Shown: one piece after another, positions 11,001 to 21,500 of the stretch
Layout of the letters: each line of letters starts with the position of its first letter
Position numbering within the stretch: position 1 is the stretch's first letter
IMG/VR virus record: IMGVR_UViG_3300023109_000019
Length of the DNA: 64,000 nucleotides
Origin: an uncultured virus (IMG/VR IMGVR_UViG_3300023109_000019)
Taxonomy: Duplodnaviria > Heunggongvirae > Uroviricota > Caudoviricetes
Strand: one strand, 5' to 3'
The notes under the pieces: model-generated
Databases searched by the model: none
Seen by the model: only the letters and a program-made list of their open reading frames with translations
What the model was told of the DNA's origin: nothing
Made by a program: the position numbers and the translations under genes

Positions 11001-12272
11001 TACATTACCTGTAATATCAGTATCACCATCTACTGTAAATGTTGAACCATCAAATCTTAAGTTATTACTATCAACTAATTCGCCGTTAGTACCTGCGAGA
11101 GTAATTCTGCCTGATGTTAAATCAGTAACATTGACTGAACCTAAAGTTGTTTGACCAGGAACAGAAAGTATATCTAAGAATACACCACCGCTTGCTGTAA
11201 TAGAAACATCATCAAAGGTAAGGTTAGCAGAATCAATTAATTCGCCATTTGCACCAGCATACATGATTCGACCTTGAGTCAAATCTGCAATATTAACACT
11301 ACCTAAAGTTGCTTGTCCTGAACTTACATCAAGAGAATCTAAAAATACGCCGCCCGTTGCGACTATGCTTGTTCCGTTATATGCTAAACCTGCATCGTCA
11401 ATTAATTCGCCGTTGGCTCCTGCATATACAATACGACCTTGAGTTAGATCAGAAACATTTAAACTATCTACATCAGCTTGACCGTCAACTTGTAAACCAC
11501 TTAGAAATACAGCTCCTTGAGCCGTAATGGATGTTCCGTCAAACGTAAGATTATTACTATCAACGAATTCACCGTTGGCAGCTATGAAAGGAATTCTTGT
11601 GGCAGTTAAGTCTCTAACATTTAAACTGTCTGTATCTGTTTGACCATCAACTTGTAATCCATCAAGGAATACACCACCTGCGGCAATTAACGATGTACCA
11701 TCAAATGTTAAACCCGTACTATCAGATACTGCACCGTTGGCACCGGCAAATAATATTCTGCCTTCTGTAATACTTCTTATTGCTAATGTGTTTGATAATA
11801 CCGGTCCGCCAACATCGAGGGATGTTAGACCTGTAAGAGTTGAAGTTGATTCACCTAAAGTAAGAGCGGTAGTACCAATTGTAATATCATTGGTTGATAT
11901 AATAGTTGAGTTGGCGCCAAAGTTTAAAGGATTAAACCCGACATTCTCAAAATCAGTAATATGACCAAAAGTATCAATTGAGATATTTTTTGGATACGAT
12001 AAATTTGGATTTGTTGTACTAACAGCGTTTGAAGTATCAGCATGTCCTACAACAACATTTGCTGCTTGATCATTTACTGTTTGTGTTATAATGATTCCGT
12101 CGGCAGATGATACCGATTGGACGTAATCACCTATAGTGTCTATACCTAAGACAACAGAATCTGGAACGATTTGAGGTTTTCGTTCTGCTGGTGCAACTAT
12201 TGCTGTTGACTGCCCTTGTTTCGGGACGGCCTTAATCGTGCGGCCGGCACCGATCTTGACCTTTATGCTCAC
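8067..12272 (-). CDS. Tail fibre / virion structural protein (1401 aa)
   Basis: GTG start abuts the upstream TAA with a GGAGG SD; repeated LTxGRIxxAGANGELxD units; two RxNxxxxxFEGYxGxxW...KDVDxDTxIxAExSPGxDND modules; ends LDGGTF. Confidence 0.75.
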   Translation of the reverse strand: MSIKVKIGAGRTIKAVPKQGQSTAIVAPAERKPQIVPDSVVLGIDTIGDYVQSVSSADGIIITQTVNDQAANVVVGHADTSNAVSTTNPNLSYPKNISIDTFGHITDFENVGFNPLNFGANSTIISTNDITIGTTALTLGESTSTLTGLTSLDVGGPVLSNTLAIRSITEGRILFAGANGAVSDSTGLTFDGTSLIAAGGVFLDGLQVDGQTDTDSLNVRDLTATRIPFIAANGEFVDSNNLTFDGTSITAQGAVFLSGLQVDGQADVDSLNVSDLTQGRIVYAGANGELIDDAGLAYNGTSIVATGGVFLDSLDVSSGQATLGSVNIADLTQGRIMYAGANGELIDSANLTFDDVSITASGGVFLDILSVPGQTTLGSVNVTDLTSGRITLAGTNGELVDSNNLRFDGSTFTVDGDTDITGNVSIGGNLTLGDNEVDTITVVADFTSDLIPDASDTYSLGTPTKEWRRIFTPSLKSSSGVVSIDETGAFVLPVGGTADRPANNEVGMIRYNSSDERFEGYDGVGWSELAGSVKDVDKDTLITAEDSPGSDNDQLKFKTAGVQRMSLEADGDLKYGPNDEVVFDFDTGKATFGSAAVSAIAPGSIVYTSAGGTLEGQANLSWDGTNLTIVGGISVDGDFSTSGGLSGDSLSVGNLEANTMMFVTDTGALSSNNNVQYDGAHLTINATSQFIVAPTIETVTAGQVFVAGANGQIQGDAGLTYNQTTDVLSISSLTDNRVVVAGPSGALTDDAGFTWDGTTLVVDGDGSFTGDVTIAGNLTLGDQVTDSINVVADFTSDLLPQTDNMFDLGATGSNWKALHVRTIDSDTEIVVIDATGAITVPVGTAAERPSALAAGMVRFNTSDGVFEGYSGNAWASLGGVKDVDQDTFIEAESSPGADNDELTFVTAGVTAFKVDNQQAISTDGTANLVFDVGGTIDVSNTIITGLAEPVNNSDAVTKFYVENTFDRDFHVTKGANTYVLDLFNTTNTPSLEVGTGLTIESYDSGNNVTAFALDTVWDSFTGLREAGVEGTVPNFEFDIYGRVRSIVNIPLSVSSNAVVDFVPSIYGVLEDAVRNNVENGIQVIADNPNQKINFYTNPFDVALNGAVTGSGTVQNNSNVDITTSFNYVDLDARYINAEGGDTSNGELRATRFASKDDNSFYIDPDGTSRLKDINIGYNQSASQIIMGTNAGSMYFYATGRQVGFLSSSFNFGTYFSNIDDSWYVTDGDVYSQSFIDSENNTYLVDPDGNSRLLNVNVDEHILVGANTKLANNNLSTTSGGLTLSSSSSSISVDNSIITGLLDPVNSLDAVNKQFLDNAVSNLTTGGISISAETGTTDVVALGETIIFAAGEGINTTVSNNQITIAGELASDTNIGVASFNIANFTVTSGDVAITTLDGGTF

Positions 12273-12611
12273 TTACGAAACCTCCGTAATAGTGTCAACT
12301 ACAATTGCTAAGCCTTCGACTATTTTGGTTCGTTCTCCTGTTTGTTTTTGCATTACGACGTCATATTGGTACTTGCCCGGAGTTAACGTATCAGTTTGTT
12401 GATCCGTTAATACGAGCGTGATATCGTTGTTTGATACTTCTATATTAAAGTTAACAGCAGGCGATTGAGAATATACCTTTTTAATACTGCTATAGAAGCT
12501 ATAAACTGAAATGGTTGCATCATCGTATTCGACACCTTCATCGTTAAACAGATTTAATTCTGTTCTGAAGTCCAAACCTTTATCGATGTATATGTTAGCT
12601 CTTGATGCCAT
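12273..12611 (-). CDS. Small virion/fibre-associated protein (112 aa)
   Basis: ANIYIDKGLDF...LTDQQTDTLTPGKYQYDVV...KIVEG pattern typical of small structural proteins beside fibres in environmental myoviruses. Confidence 0.6.
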   Translation of the reverse strand: MASRANIYIDKGLDFRTELNLFNDEGVEYDDATISVYSFYSSIKKVYSQSPAVNFNIEVSNNDITLVLTDQQTDTLTPGKYQYDVVMQKQTGERTKIVEGLAIVVDTITEVS

Positions 12612-12647
12612 GGTTACGAAACCTTTTTAATTTTTCTATTATTACCT

Positions 12648-12655
12648 TATTTATA
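12648..12655 (-). promoter_or_regulatory. T4-type late promoter TATAAATA
   Basis: Exact gp55 consensus in the intergenic gap upstream of 12611. Confidence 0.75.
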
Positions 12656-12671
12656 ATGTCCGGTTCCACAA

Positions 12672-12700
12672 ATAGAAAAGGACATTACGATAATGCCCTT
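12672..12700 (-). terminator. Probable intrinsic terminator after the collagen gene
   Basis: AAGGGCATTA-TCG-TAATGTCCTT followed by TTCTATTT. Confidence 0.55.
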
Positions 12701-12750
12701 GTAATCCCATTAATTTTTAATGACAGAGCAATATGATTTACATAATATAA

Positions 12751-15700
12751 TTATTTCTTAAGGTCTTCGATTTCTGCTTTCAATTCTTTGATTGCTTCAA
12801 TCAGTACTCCAACAACGTTACCATAAGCTACATGTTTGATACCATCTTCATCTTCCGTTACAACTTCTGGAAGGATTGTTTCAATTTCTTGAGCAATAAC
12901 ACCTGTTGCAGCTTTACCAGAATCAATCCAATCAAAGTTAACTCCTCGTAAGCTATCGACCTTATCAAGTGCGTTTGTAATTGTTTGTACATTTTCTTTA
13001 AGAGATTCATCAGACGTTGAGTTAAAGTTAACTGCTTGTATGTCTCCACTTGCGTTGAGGTAACCAGCAACTGTTATACCAGAAGGTCCCCACGTTAATG
13101 GAACGTATGTACCGCTTGACCAATTACTTCGAAGTTCTCCGAAAGGAACACCAAACGCTGTACTGCCACCTATACTAGCAAACTCTGTTGCACTTGCATC
13201 AGATGTATTTGGGTGGAATAGAGCAGCTTCAATAGTATATGATCCACCGTCTAAGTTACCACCTAACTGAGGAGTAGTATCTTCTACGACATTATTTAAT
13301 GAACCACCACCGCCACCACCTGTTGGCCATGAAGTAATTGTTGAACCGTTTAGAGTAGCTGAACCATTAATATCAATGTTCTCGACTGTTAATTCGTCAA
13401 GACTTGATGTATAGTACATGTTAGTTTCTAAGGTTGTATCACTATCAGTTGCACTTTCTGGGTTAGGACCTGTAGTACCGTATAACGGTCTTGCACCTGA
13501 TCCACCTTGAACTAAGGTTAAGAACATCGCTGTTGTTTGTAAACCAGAAGTATGTATATTACCAACCTCTACTTCAGTTGTTGAACCTCCTGGTCCCTGA
13601 ACACCCTGATTAGCTACACCTTGAACACCCTGCGGTCCTGGCTCTGTACTATCAGCACCAGTTAAACCAGTTGGTCCTTGGTTACCTTGAACACCCTGCC
13701 AACCAGATAATCCTTGAGCACCGATACCACCAGTGCCACCTTGAGCACCTTCTTCACCAGCACCAATTGGTCCTTGAACACCCTGTACTGATCCGGCCGG
13801 TCCTTGGTTACCTTGAACACCTTGTCCTGTTGCACCAATTGGTCCTTGTATACCTTCTCCGCTACCACCTTGTGGTCCGGCTCCACCTTGAGCACCAATA
13901 CCATCAGAACCTGCTGCACCAGATGGTCCTTGTGGTCCTTCGGGTCCTACAGTACCTTCGTCACCGGCAGCACCCTGTGGTCCTGATCCACCGCTATCTC
14001 CTGGGAATCCTTGAACACCTGCATAACCCTGAATGCCTGGCTCACCAGCTCCTATCGTTCCTTGATTACCCTGGAAACCATAGAATCCTTGAGCACCCTG
14101 ACTACCATAACCACCTAATTCACCTGGAGGTCCTTGATTACCCTGTAAGCCTTGTAATCCTTGAATACCGTCATCACCAGTACCAGGAGGTCCTTGAATA
14201 CCCTGGAAACCTTGAGTTCCCTGAAATCCTTGAACACCTGGAGTTGCTTGACCTTGAACACCAGCCTCACCTTGAGTACCTTGGAAACCGTCTGTACCTT
14301 GAACACCTTGAGTACCCGGAGCGCTTGGTCCTTCATTACCTTGGAATCCTTGGAAACCCTGTGTTCCTTGATAACCAGTTCCGTCAGAACCTTGTACGCC
14401 TTGGTATCCTTGGAATCCTTGAACACCTTGTACGCCTTGACCTGTTGCACCAATAGCACCATCAGTTCCTTGAAGACCTTGGAATCCTTGGAAACCTTGC
14501 GATCCTGGCCCACCTGGTCCACCGCCTTCACCTTGAAGACCCTGAGGTCCTTGTAAACCTTGCGATCCAAATCCATCAGGTCCTTGAGCACCTTGAACGC
14601 CTTGCTGAGCTTCACCTTGTACACCCTGTACGCCTTGACCTGAAGTACCCTGAGCACCAATACCTGGGATACCTTGAATACCTTGTAGACCCTGCGGTCC
14701 TTGTAAACCTTGAGGTCCTTCTGGTCCTGGCTGTCCATCTTCACCTGAACCACCTTCTCCACCCTGAAGACCTTGGTTGCCTTGAATACCTTGGACACCT
14801 TGAATACCTTGTGGTCCAGTTCCGCCTGGTCCGATAATACCTTGGTTACCCTGAGCACCTTGAATACCATCAACACCTTGAGCACCAGATCCGCCTGGTC
14901 CTTGGAAACCTAAATCACCTTGAACCCCGATGAATCCTTGAACACCTTGTCCGCCTGTATTACCAGTTGCACCTTGTGGTCCTTGATTACCTTGTAGGCC
15001 TTGACTACCACCGCCACCAGTATCGCCTTGAATACCTTGACCTATTGGACCTTGAACACCTTGGTCGCCTTGTAAACCTTGTTGACCCTGAACACCTTGT
15101 GGTCCGATAGAACCTGTTGCACCAGCATCACCAGTTCGAGCGAATGTAATTGTAACATCTTCATCGTTAGCAAAAGATCCATTACCACTTACAAAGGCAC
15201 AAGTAACATTAAAGTAACCTGTGATTTCAGTAAGAGCAGCAATTGTAAAGATTTGGAATATCTCTGGTGATCCAACCTTAGTAACCTTGAAGTGTCCTTT
15301 AATAGGACTTGTAGAATCATCAATTGTTCTTAAGAATGGTTCAATAAGAACAAAGTTATCATCTCTGTCATCAATATATAATGCAGTTGCCGATGAGAAC
15401 GTTGTATTGTTAAACTTTAAATAACCTGGTGTAGGATCGTTATTAACAGTGTTAGTAGAATAAGTATAATCAAATGTTACTCCACCAAACGCGCCTGCCG
15501 CTCCTGTATCACCTTGAACACCTTGGTCGCCTTGTAAACCTTGAGAACCAGCTCCTACTCTACCTTGTAAACCTTGTGCTCCTTGAATACCAGTAAAACC
15601 TTGAATACCAGCTGGGCCACGAGGAACAAACGTAATTAGAGTTTCGTTACCATGAGTAGCGGCAACTGTTGTCCAACTGCTTGCGTTACCGTCAACATAG

Positions 15701-18006
15701 TTAACATCAAAGAAACCATAGTTCTTTGATCCGCCGTCCCATGTCCAATCTTCAATTTCGTATACTAACCAATGATGACCGCCAGGACCAGGAGATCCAC
15801 CAGCACCCATTTGAATTTTTAAGTAACCTTTTACAGGTCCTGGGAAACTTGCGATAAAATCTAAGAATCCGTCAATTTCTGTATCGTATTGGTCGAAAGG
15901 AACATCGTCAAGTGTAATTAATGTTGCTAGTTGAGGATTCGTGGCATTAAACTTAAAGTTATTTGTACCTGGGTCAGTACCACCAACAATATTGCTACTG
16001 TAATTCCAAGCAAATGTTAATCCGCCATACTCTCCTTGTTCACCCTGTACTCCTTGTAAACCTTGTAGGCCTTGAGTACCTTGTAAACCAGTTCCACCAG
16101 TTGTTCCCTGAGTACCTTGATTGCCCTGGAAACCTTGGAATCCTTGAACACCTTGTAAACCTTGAGTACCTTGCGATCCTTGAATTGATTCGCCCTGAAC
16201 ACCTTGGAATCCTTGGAAACCTTGCGTTCCTTGTCCGCCTTGAGTACCTTGTGTACCTTGGCCGCCCTGAACACCTTGTCCGCCTTGTAAACCTTGAGAT
16301 CCTTGTAGACCTTGAATACCACGATCACCGTTTCTTGAGAAGGTAACTCTGATATCCGTTCCGTCTGTAAAGTTAGTAACACCATTAACTCTTACAACAT
16401 CAAGTTCCCAATAACCTGTCTTATCAGTTACAATGTCAACTTTAAATAATACTTGATTGTAAATATCGGTTGCATCAATAACTCTGATATAACCTTTAGG
16501 ACTTCCAACGATTGCATCAAGTTCAGCAGCAATGCCGTCCATGACATTATTACCACCGTTATCTTCATCGTCAATCCATAATTTCAGACTTGCAGAACTA
16601 AAGTTAGTATTACTGAACCTTACCTTTCCTGTGCCAGGATCTGCATCTGTTGTATTATTATCGTAATCGTAATCGTAAGTAATTCCACCGAAGTCACCGG
16701 TAGAACCTTGTAAACCTTGTGAGCCTTGAATGCCCTGTGTACCTTGATCCCCTTGTAATCCTTGAGAACCTTGAATACCTTGTAGTCCTTGCGAACCTTG
16801 GAAACCGTCTGTACCTTGAGTACCTTGATCTCCTTGAATACCTTGCTGACCTACAAATCCCTGAGTACCTTGACTACCTATTAATCCTTGAGTACCTTGT
16901 GTACCTTGAGAACCAACTCTTCCAAAGGACATAATAAATGCAGGATCAGAAGCAACATTCGTTAATACACCTGCTGTATTTTGAACGTGATTAATTTGTA
17001 ATGTTAACCAACCTGCGTTATCAGTTACATCAATAATTTCAAACGTAATAGATTCTTGGTTATTGCTAATTCTTGTAAGTTGAATATAACCTTTAACTGG
17101 GCCAGGAACTGTATCAATACTATTTAATAGAGCAGAGACATCTTGACTTGATTTTGCTTCATCATCAATAAACATCGCAGTTGCTAGTGATGGATCGCCA
17201 TTATTAATTGCGAACTTACCAGCAGTAGGATCTTGAGCAATTGTTGATAGTGATAAATCAAATTCAAACGATACACCACCATAGGTACCTGAATATCCTT
17301 GGAATCCATAATAACCTTGAACTCCTATAAATCCTTGTGTACCTTGTACTCCTTGAATACCTTGGTAACCGATAAGACCTTGATTACCTTGAATACCTGT
17401 AAAGCCTTGCGTACCTTGTGGTCCAATTGATCCTTGTGTTCCTTGGAAACCTAAGTCACCTTGAATACCCTGGAAACCTTGAGTACCTTGTACACCTTGA
17501 TTACCACGGAATCCTCTATGGCCTTGAATACCTTCGTAACCTAATTGACCTTGAGCACCTTGCGTACCCTGAATACCTTGTAGACCTTGTTCACCACGGA
17601 AGCCACCAATATTAACCCAATTGGTTCCATCCCAAATCCACAACTCATCGTCAGCTTCATCAATAACACCTTCACCAATATTAGGCGAGGTAAATGCTGC
17701 GTTTAAAGTTGCTTGAGGATCACCGCCGGTATCAACATCAGCTACTGAACCAATGATAGAGAAGCCAGGACCGTAATCACCTTGGACACCTTGATTGCCT
17801 TGAATACCCTGATCGCCTGTCGTTCCCTGAGGACCTGTGCCTAACGGTAACCACGCGGTTCCGTCGGAGTATCTTAACTCTCCGTTATCGGCATAGATGA
17901 CAGCACCTTCAAACGGTGATGGATCTAAAGTGACAGGAAAAGCTTGCGGAACACCGTGTCCGATAATCTGATTCTTTCCTGTTAATGTTCCAAATCTACT
18001 GGCCAT
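12751..18006 (-). CDS. Collagen-like fibre protein (1751 aa) with four repeated globular domains and a C-terminal peptidase S74 chaperone
   Basis: Long Gly-X-Gln tracts; four domains beginning GG(V/I/L)(S/T)(F/Y); C-terminal SDESLKENV...GVIAQE...LIEAIKEL. Confidence 0.85.
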   Translation of the reverse strand: MASRFGTLTGKNQIIGHGVPQAFPVTLDPSPFEGAVIYADNGELRYSDGTAWLPLGTGPQGTTGDQGIQGNQGVQGDYGPGFSIIGSVADVDTGGDPQATLNAAFTSPNIGEGVIDEADDELWIWDGTNWVNIGGFRGEQGLQGIQGTQGAQGQLGYEGIQGHRGFRGNQGVQGTQGFQGIQGDLGFQGTQGSIGPQGTQGFTGIQGNQGLIGYQGIQGVQGTQGFIGVQGYYGFQGYSGTYGGVSFEFDLSLSTIAQDPTAGKFAINNGDPSLATAMFIDDEAKSSQDVSALLNSIDTVPGPVKGYIQLTRISNNQESITFEIIDVTDNAGWLTLQINHVQNTAGVLTNVASDPAFIMSFGRVGSQGTQGTQGLIGSQGTQGFVGQQGIQGDQGTQGTDGFQGSQGLQGIQGSQGLQGDQGTQGIQGSQGLQGSTGDFGGITYDYDYDNNTTDADPGTGKVRFSNTNFSSASLKLWIDDEDNGGNNVMDGIAAELDAIVGSPKGYIRVIDATDIYNQVLFKVDIVTDKTGYWELDVVRVNGVTNFTDGTDIRVTFSRNGDRGIQGLQGSQGLQGGQGVQGGQGTQGTQGGQGTQGFQGFQGVQGESIQGSQGTQGLQGVQGFQGFQGNQGTQGTTGGTGLQGTQGLQGLQGVQGEQGEYGGLTFAWNYSSNIVGGTDPGTNNFKFNATNPQLATLITLDDVPFDQYDTEIDGFLDFIASFPGPVKGYLKIQMGAGGSPGPGGHHWLVYEIEDWTWDGGSKNYGFFDVNYVDGNASSWTTVAATHGNETLITFVPRGPAGIQGFTGIQGAQGLQGRVGAGSQGLQGDQGVQGDTGAAGAFGGVTFDYTYSTNTVNNDPTPGYLKFNNTTFSSATALYIDDRDDNFVLIEPFLRTIDDSTSPIKGHFKVTKVGSPEIFQIFTIAALTEITGYFNVTCAFVSGNGSFANDEDVTITFARTGDAGATGSIGPQGVQGQQGLQGDQGVQGPIGQGIQGDTGGGGSQGLQGNQGPQGATGNTGGQGVQGFIGVQGDLGFQGPGGSGAQGVDGIQGAQGNQGIIGPGGTGPQGIQGVQGIQGNQGLQGGEGGSGEDGQPGPEGPQGLQGPQGLQGIQGIPGIGAQGTSGQGVQGVQGEAQQGVQGAQGPDGFGSQGLQGPQGLQGEGGGPGGPGSQGFQGFQGLQGTDGAIGATGQGVQGVQGFQGYQGVQGSDGTGYQGTQGFQGFQGNEGPSAPGTQGVQGTDGFQGTQGEAGVQGQATPGVQGFQGTQGFQGIQGPPGTGDDGIQGLQGLQGNQGPPGELGGYGSQGAQGFYGFQGNQGTIGAGEPGIQGYAGVQGFPGDSGGSGPQGAAGDEGTVGPEGPQGPSGAAGSDGIGAQGGAGPQGGSGEGIQGPIGATGQGVQGNQGPAGSVQGVQGPIGAGEEGAQGGTGGIGAQGLSGWQGVQGNQGPTGLTGADSTEPGPQGVQGVANQGVQGPGGSTTEVEVGNIHTSGLQTTAMFLTLVQGGSGARPLYGTTGPNPESATDSDTTLETNMYYTSSLDELTVENIDINGSATLNGSTITSWPTGGGGGGSLNNVVEDTTPQLGGNLDGGSYTIEAALFHPNTSDASATEFASIGGSTAFGVPFGELRSNWSSGTYVPLTWGPSGITVAGYLNASGDIQAVNFNSTSDESLKENVQTITNALDKVDSLRGVNFDWIDSGKAATGVIAQEIETILPEVVTEDEDGIKHVAYGNVVGVLIEAIKELKAEIEDLKK

Positions 18007-18045
18007 TTATTTTGTTTCCTTAAAGTTCAAACCTTATTAATAATA

Positions 18046-18053
18046 TATTTATT
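18046..18053 (-). promoter_or_regulatory. Late promoter variant AATAAATA
   Basis: Intergenic, about 40 nt upstream of the collagen gene. Confidence 0.5.
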
Positions 18054-18057
18054 AAGT

Positions 18058-18483
18058 TTATACAACATCATCTTCTTCAGATTGACCCTGAGTGAATGAT
18101 AGTGTAGCATGAACTGCTAAATCGGTATCTGCAATGATCTCTAATAAATCTCCACTTTTCAAAAACTGACCATTCAATGGGATAGGTATTGTTTCGTATG
18201 CGGGTACAGGCATATTTCTCAATACATAAAACTCTGCGTTAACATCTTCTCTGTGGAATCTTAAATCAATTAAGACGGTGCTTGCTGTAATATTACACAA
18301 TACAAGAGGTGAGATAATTTCACCAACACCAGGCTCAACTGTTTCAGAACCACCAAAGACTAACTCAGGAACTTTATATTGAGGTACATCTGCAATTATT
18401 TGCCAGTTGGTCGATACGATCTTATTAATCGCAACTGGTTTTGCGTCAGGTGCCTGACTCGTTGTAATTGTTGTAACTGCCAT
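18058..18483 (-). CDS. Hypothetical virion protein (141 aa, predicted beta-rich)
   Basis: AAGGAATAAGAGAG SD; co-oriented directly after the giant gene. Confidence 0.6.
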   Translation of the reverse strand: MAVTTITTSQAPDAKPVAINKIVSTNWQIIADVPQYKVPELVFGGSETVEPGVGEIISPLVLCNITASTVLIDLRFHREDVNAEFYVLRNMPVPAYETIPIPLNGQFLKSGDLLEIIADTDLAVHATLSFTQGQSEEDDVV

Positions 18484-18507
18484 CTCTCTTATTCCTTTTT
18501 ATATTTT

Positions 18508-21500
18508 TTAAACTACCGCTCTCGAGTTCGAAGCACGTCTTGCTAACTTACGAACCGATGAGGTAAATGGTCGGCCTTCAATACGACCTGTTCTACCGTT
18601 AATTCTTAGACCTCTTGCGAAGTACTGGTTATTCAATTCATCAGCACCTGACCAACGAATACGACCGCCATTCTCATTTAGTACAGAAGCGATTGCTGAT
18701 ATAGCAGCACCTAAGTTTCTAAAGTTAAGTGGTAATGCGTTTCTGTTAACACCTGCAGATGCACCGTTGAACTGGTGAGCAATGGATTCAACCAATGATC
18801 CGAAGATCAATGTTTCAGGTCTCAATATATTGTCAGTAAGACAATCATCAAATAGACCTGTAATCATGTTCTGATGTTCAGCATCTGGAGCTAAGTTAGT
18901 GTTGATGTAAGTTTTCATTCTTGTCCATGCACCAGCAAAGGCATCAAGCAGATCAGTATTGTTTTGACCAGCTGCGGTCCAAGCACTACCATTCCAATAA
19001 TATATATCGCCGGCATAGAAGTTAGTTGTATAATCAGTAGCAACAATGTAAGACCATTTTGGTTTCATTCCAGTAATAGTACTTAGATCTGCGAAAGAAC
19101 TAACAGATCCTTTATATTTTAATCCTAATGTTGAATCGGAAGGATTGAATACTGGGAATACATGAGTTCCGTCATAGTTAAAGAACGAAGCAGTATATGT
19201 TCTTACGGCATTCTGTGAACCGTTGTCACTGTATGTTGGTTGTGGGACATCAGGATTAAACTTATCGTAAGCAAAGTCATTAACAACCGCTGTTAATAAG
19301 TTCCTAGCATCTCTTCTTGCCAAGTTAATATCAATGAAGTTGTAAGCAGAGTTAACGTGTCTTACAGTATCTTTCTGTAATTGCTTTCTTCTTTGACCGA
19401 TAATTGATTGAGCATCTGTAAAGATTGAATTACTATACGTGTAATCAGCTTCAAGTAATACAGGCAAGTACTTAGTATCATTATACAATTGAGTTTCATA
19501 GAAGATATTTGCTAATCCTTCAACCTTCTTACTTTCAACTTCCGTACCTAGTTCTCCAAGTATTGATTGACCTGGGTATTCACCGATTACGATATCCTTA
19601 CAAATTTTACCTAACTGACGATATGACTTGGCAGTAGGCGTTCTTTGATCTTCAGGCAATCTGTAAACTTGATTCCAGAAGTAGAAATCAGCATTCCATC
19701 TTGAAGCACTGTTACCACCAAAGTTCAAGTCGAAGCTGAATGCATCAAGCAAGTATCCTGTATCTCTTCTACATTTTGCTTTACTATAATCAAGTACCTT
19801 GAAGTTACTATTAATAAACTCAGTTACATCGGCAGCAAGTTCTTCTGTATTATCAACAATCTTACTTGCAGCTGCTGTTAATTCTGCATCAACCCAACCT
19901 GCAGTAGATGTTGGTCTTGGTATTGCATCTGTATCATTATCACGAATTGATTGTTCAATGATTCCAACCAATGCATGTACCTGAGTACCTTCAGTTGCAG
20001 TTGCAGCCGTACCTAATGTATTCTGCGGAGTTAATGTATAATTACTTGCGTTAGTTACTGGTATTTCTTGAACTACCTGCTCAACTGCATCACCTAATAA
20101 TTGTAATATATCAGCATATTGATTTTGAGTATCAACCGGAAGTACAGAAACTCCATTCTCGAAGTAAATACCTGCAGATTGTAATGTAGCAAAATTAGTA
20201 TCATGTTGTATATCGTGAGAAATTGCATCGATGATATAACCAATATCTCTTCTGCATTTTGCATCAGGGAAACTTAACGCGTTCCATTCTTTTGATAAGT
20301 ATGTAATAACAGCTTCTGCAAAGATATCAGATCTTCTTTCAACTGCTTCCTTAGAAGTTACAAACGAATCTGCCATCCATGTTTGTAATACATCAATTCT
20401 TTCAGGTATTGTGTTTCTTGTTTCAATATTATCATCAACCGCGTTAGCAATAATTTCAGTTAACTTACGAGCAGCAATACAAGTATCTGGATTTGCACCA
20501 ACAGTTGCCATATCCTGAGCAGTATTACTATAAGAAGGAATACCGTTCCAGTATTCGTATTTAGTTACGATGTCACCAGTGTAATATTTTCCTGTTCTTG
20601 GGAACATTGTAGTTGTGATTGACTTACCACCTACAACATGTTCAACGATTTTGGCAAGGTGTAAGAATGCATCTCTTGTACCCATTCTTTGTTCAATTTG
20701 TAATCCAGTATTTACAGCATTCTCAAAATACATTCCTGCAGTTTGAACTGTTGCCGCATTACCACCATATTGAATATCGTGAGAAATTGCATCGATGATA
20801 TAACCTGTATCTCTTCGACATTTTGTTTCACTATATGGTAATACTTGGAAGAACTCTGAAAGATAAGCAAGTAACCCAGTACCAACTGAATCTTTGATTG
20901 CTTCAATTTCAGCATAAGCAGTTTGATTAACTGTACCGAACGAAGCAGGATCTGGGAATACTTGACTTGGAGCCATTAGCATTGTACCGCTAGAGACTGC
21001 AGTAGAAGTAATATCGAATAACGATTCAGCAATTCCACCTACAAGAACTCCAGCATTTGCACCTAGTACATTTTGAGTTTCAGTGTTTCCTGCTGATTTT
21101 AATCCACCGATATCTGTATCTTGTACGATTAACTTAGCACAATCACCAAGATGAGCAAACGCAGCAGCGGATGGTTCAACCTGATCTAAAGGTAAACCAA
21201 CGTTAACACCATTTTCAAAATATAGCTTGGTAAAGTTTAGAGTAGCAAAGTTTCCACCGAATTGAATATCGTGTGCAATTGCATCAAGTGCGTAACCTGT
21301 GTCTCTTTCACATTTTGCTACATCGTAGGAAAGTGAAGGTCTGTTAGCAGCAAGCCATGCTGTCATTTCAGCAATTAAGAATGTTCTGTTATTTAATAAC
21401 TGAGATCTACCGTTAAGTCTTGACGGTCCAGGACCTGCAGTACCATAAACGATTGCATCAGCAGCAGCTCGACCGTTAACCATAATGTCAATGATTTCAT

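Noticed and set aside
13662..17615. Alternative-frame ORFs with LEHL or KVFKV repeats
   Set aside because: Frame and antisense artefacts of the Gly-X-Gln collagen DNA
20200..20830. Near-identical DNA in two CxRD repeats as a possible DGR TR/VR pair
   Set aside because: Both copies are coding, the identity is short, and no reverse transcriptase is in the window
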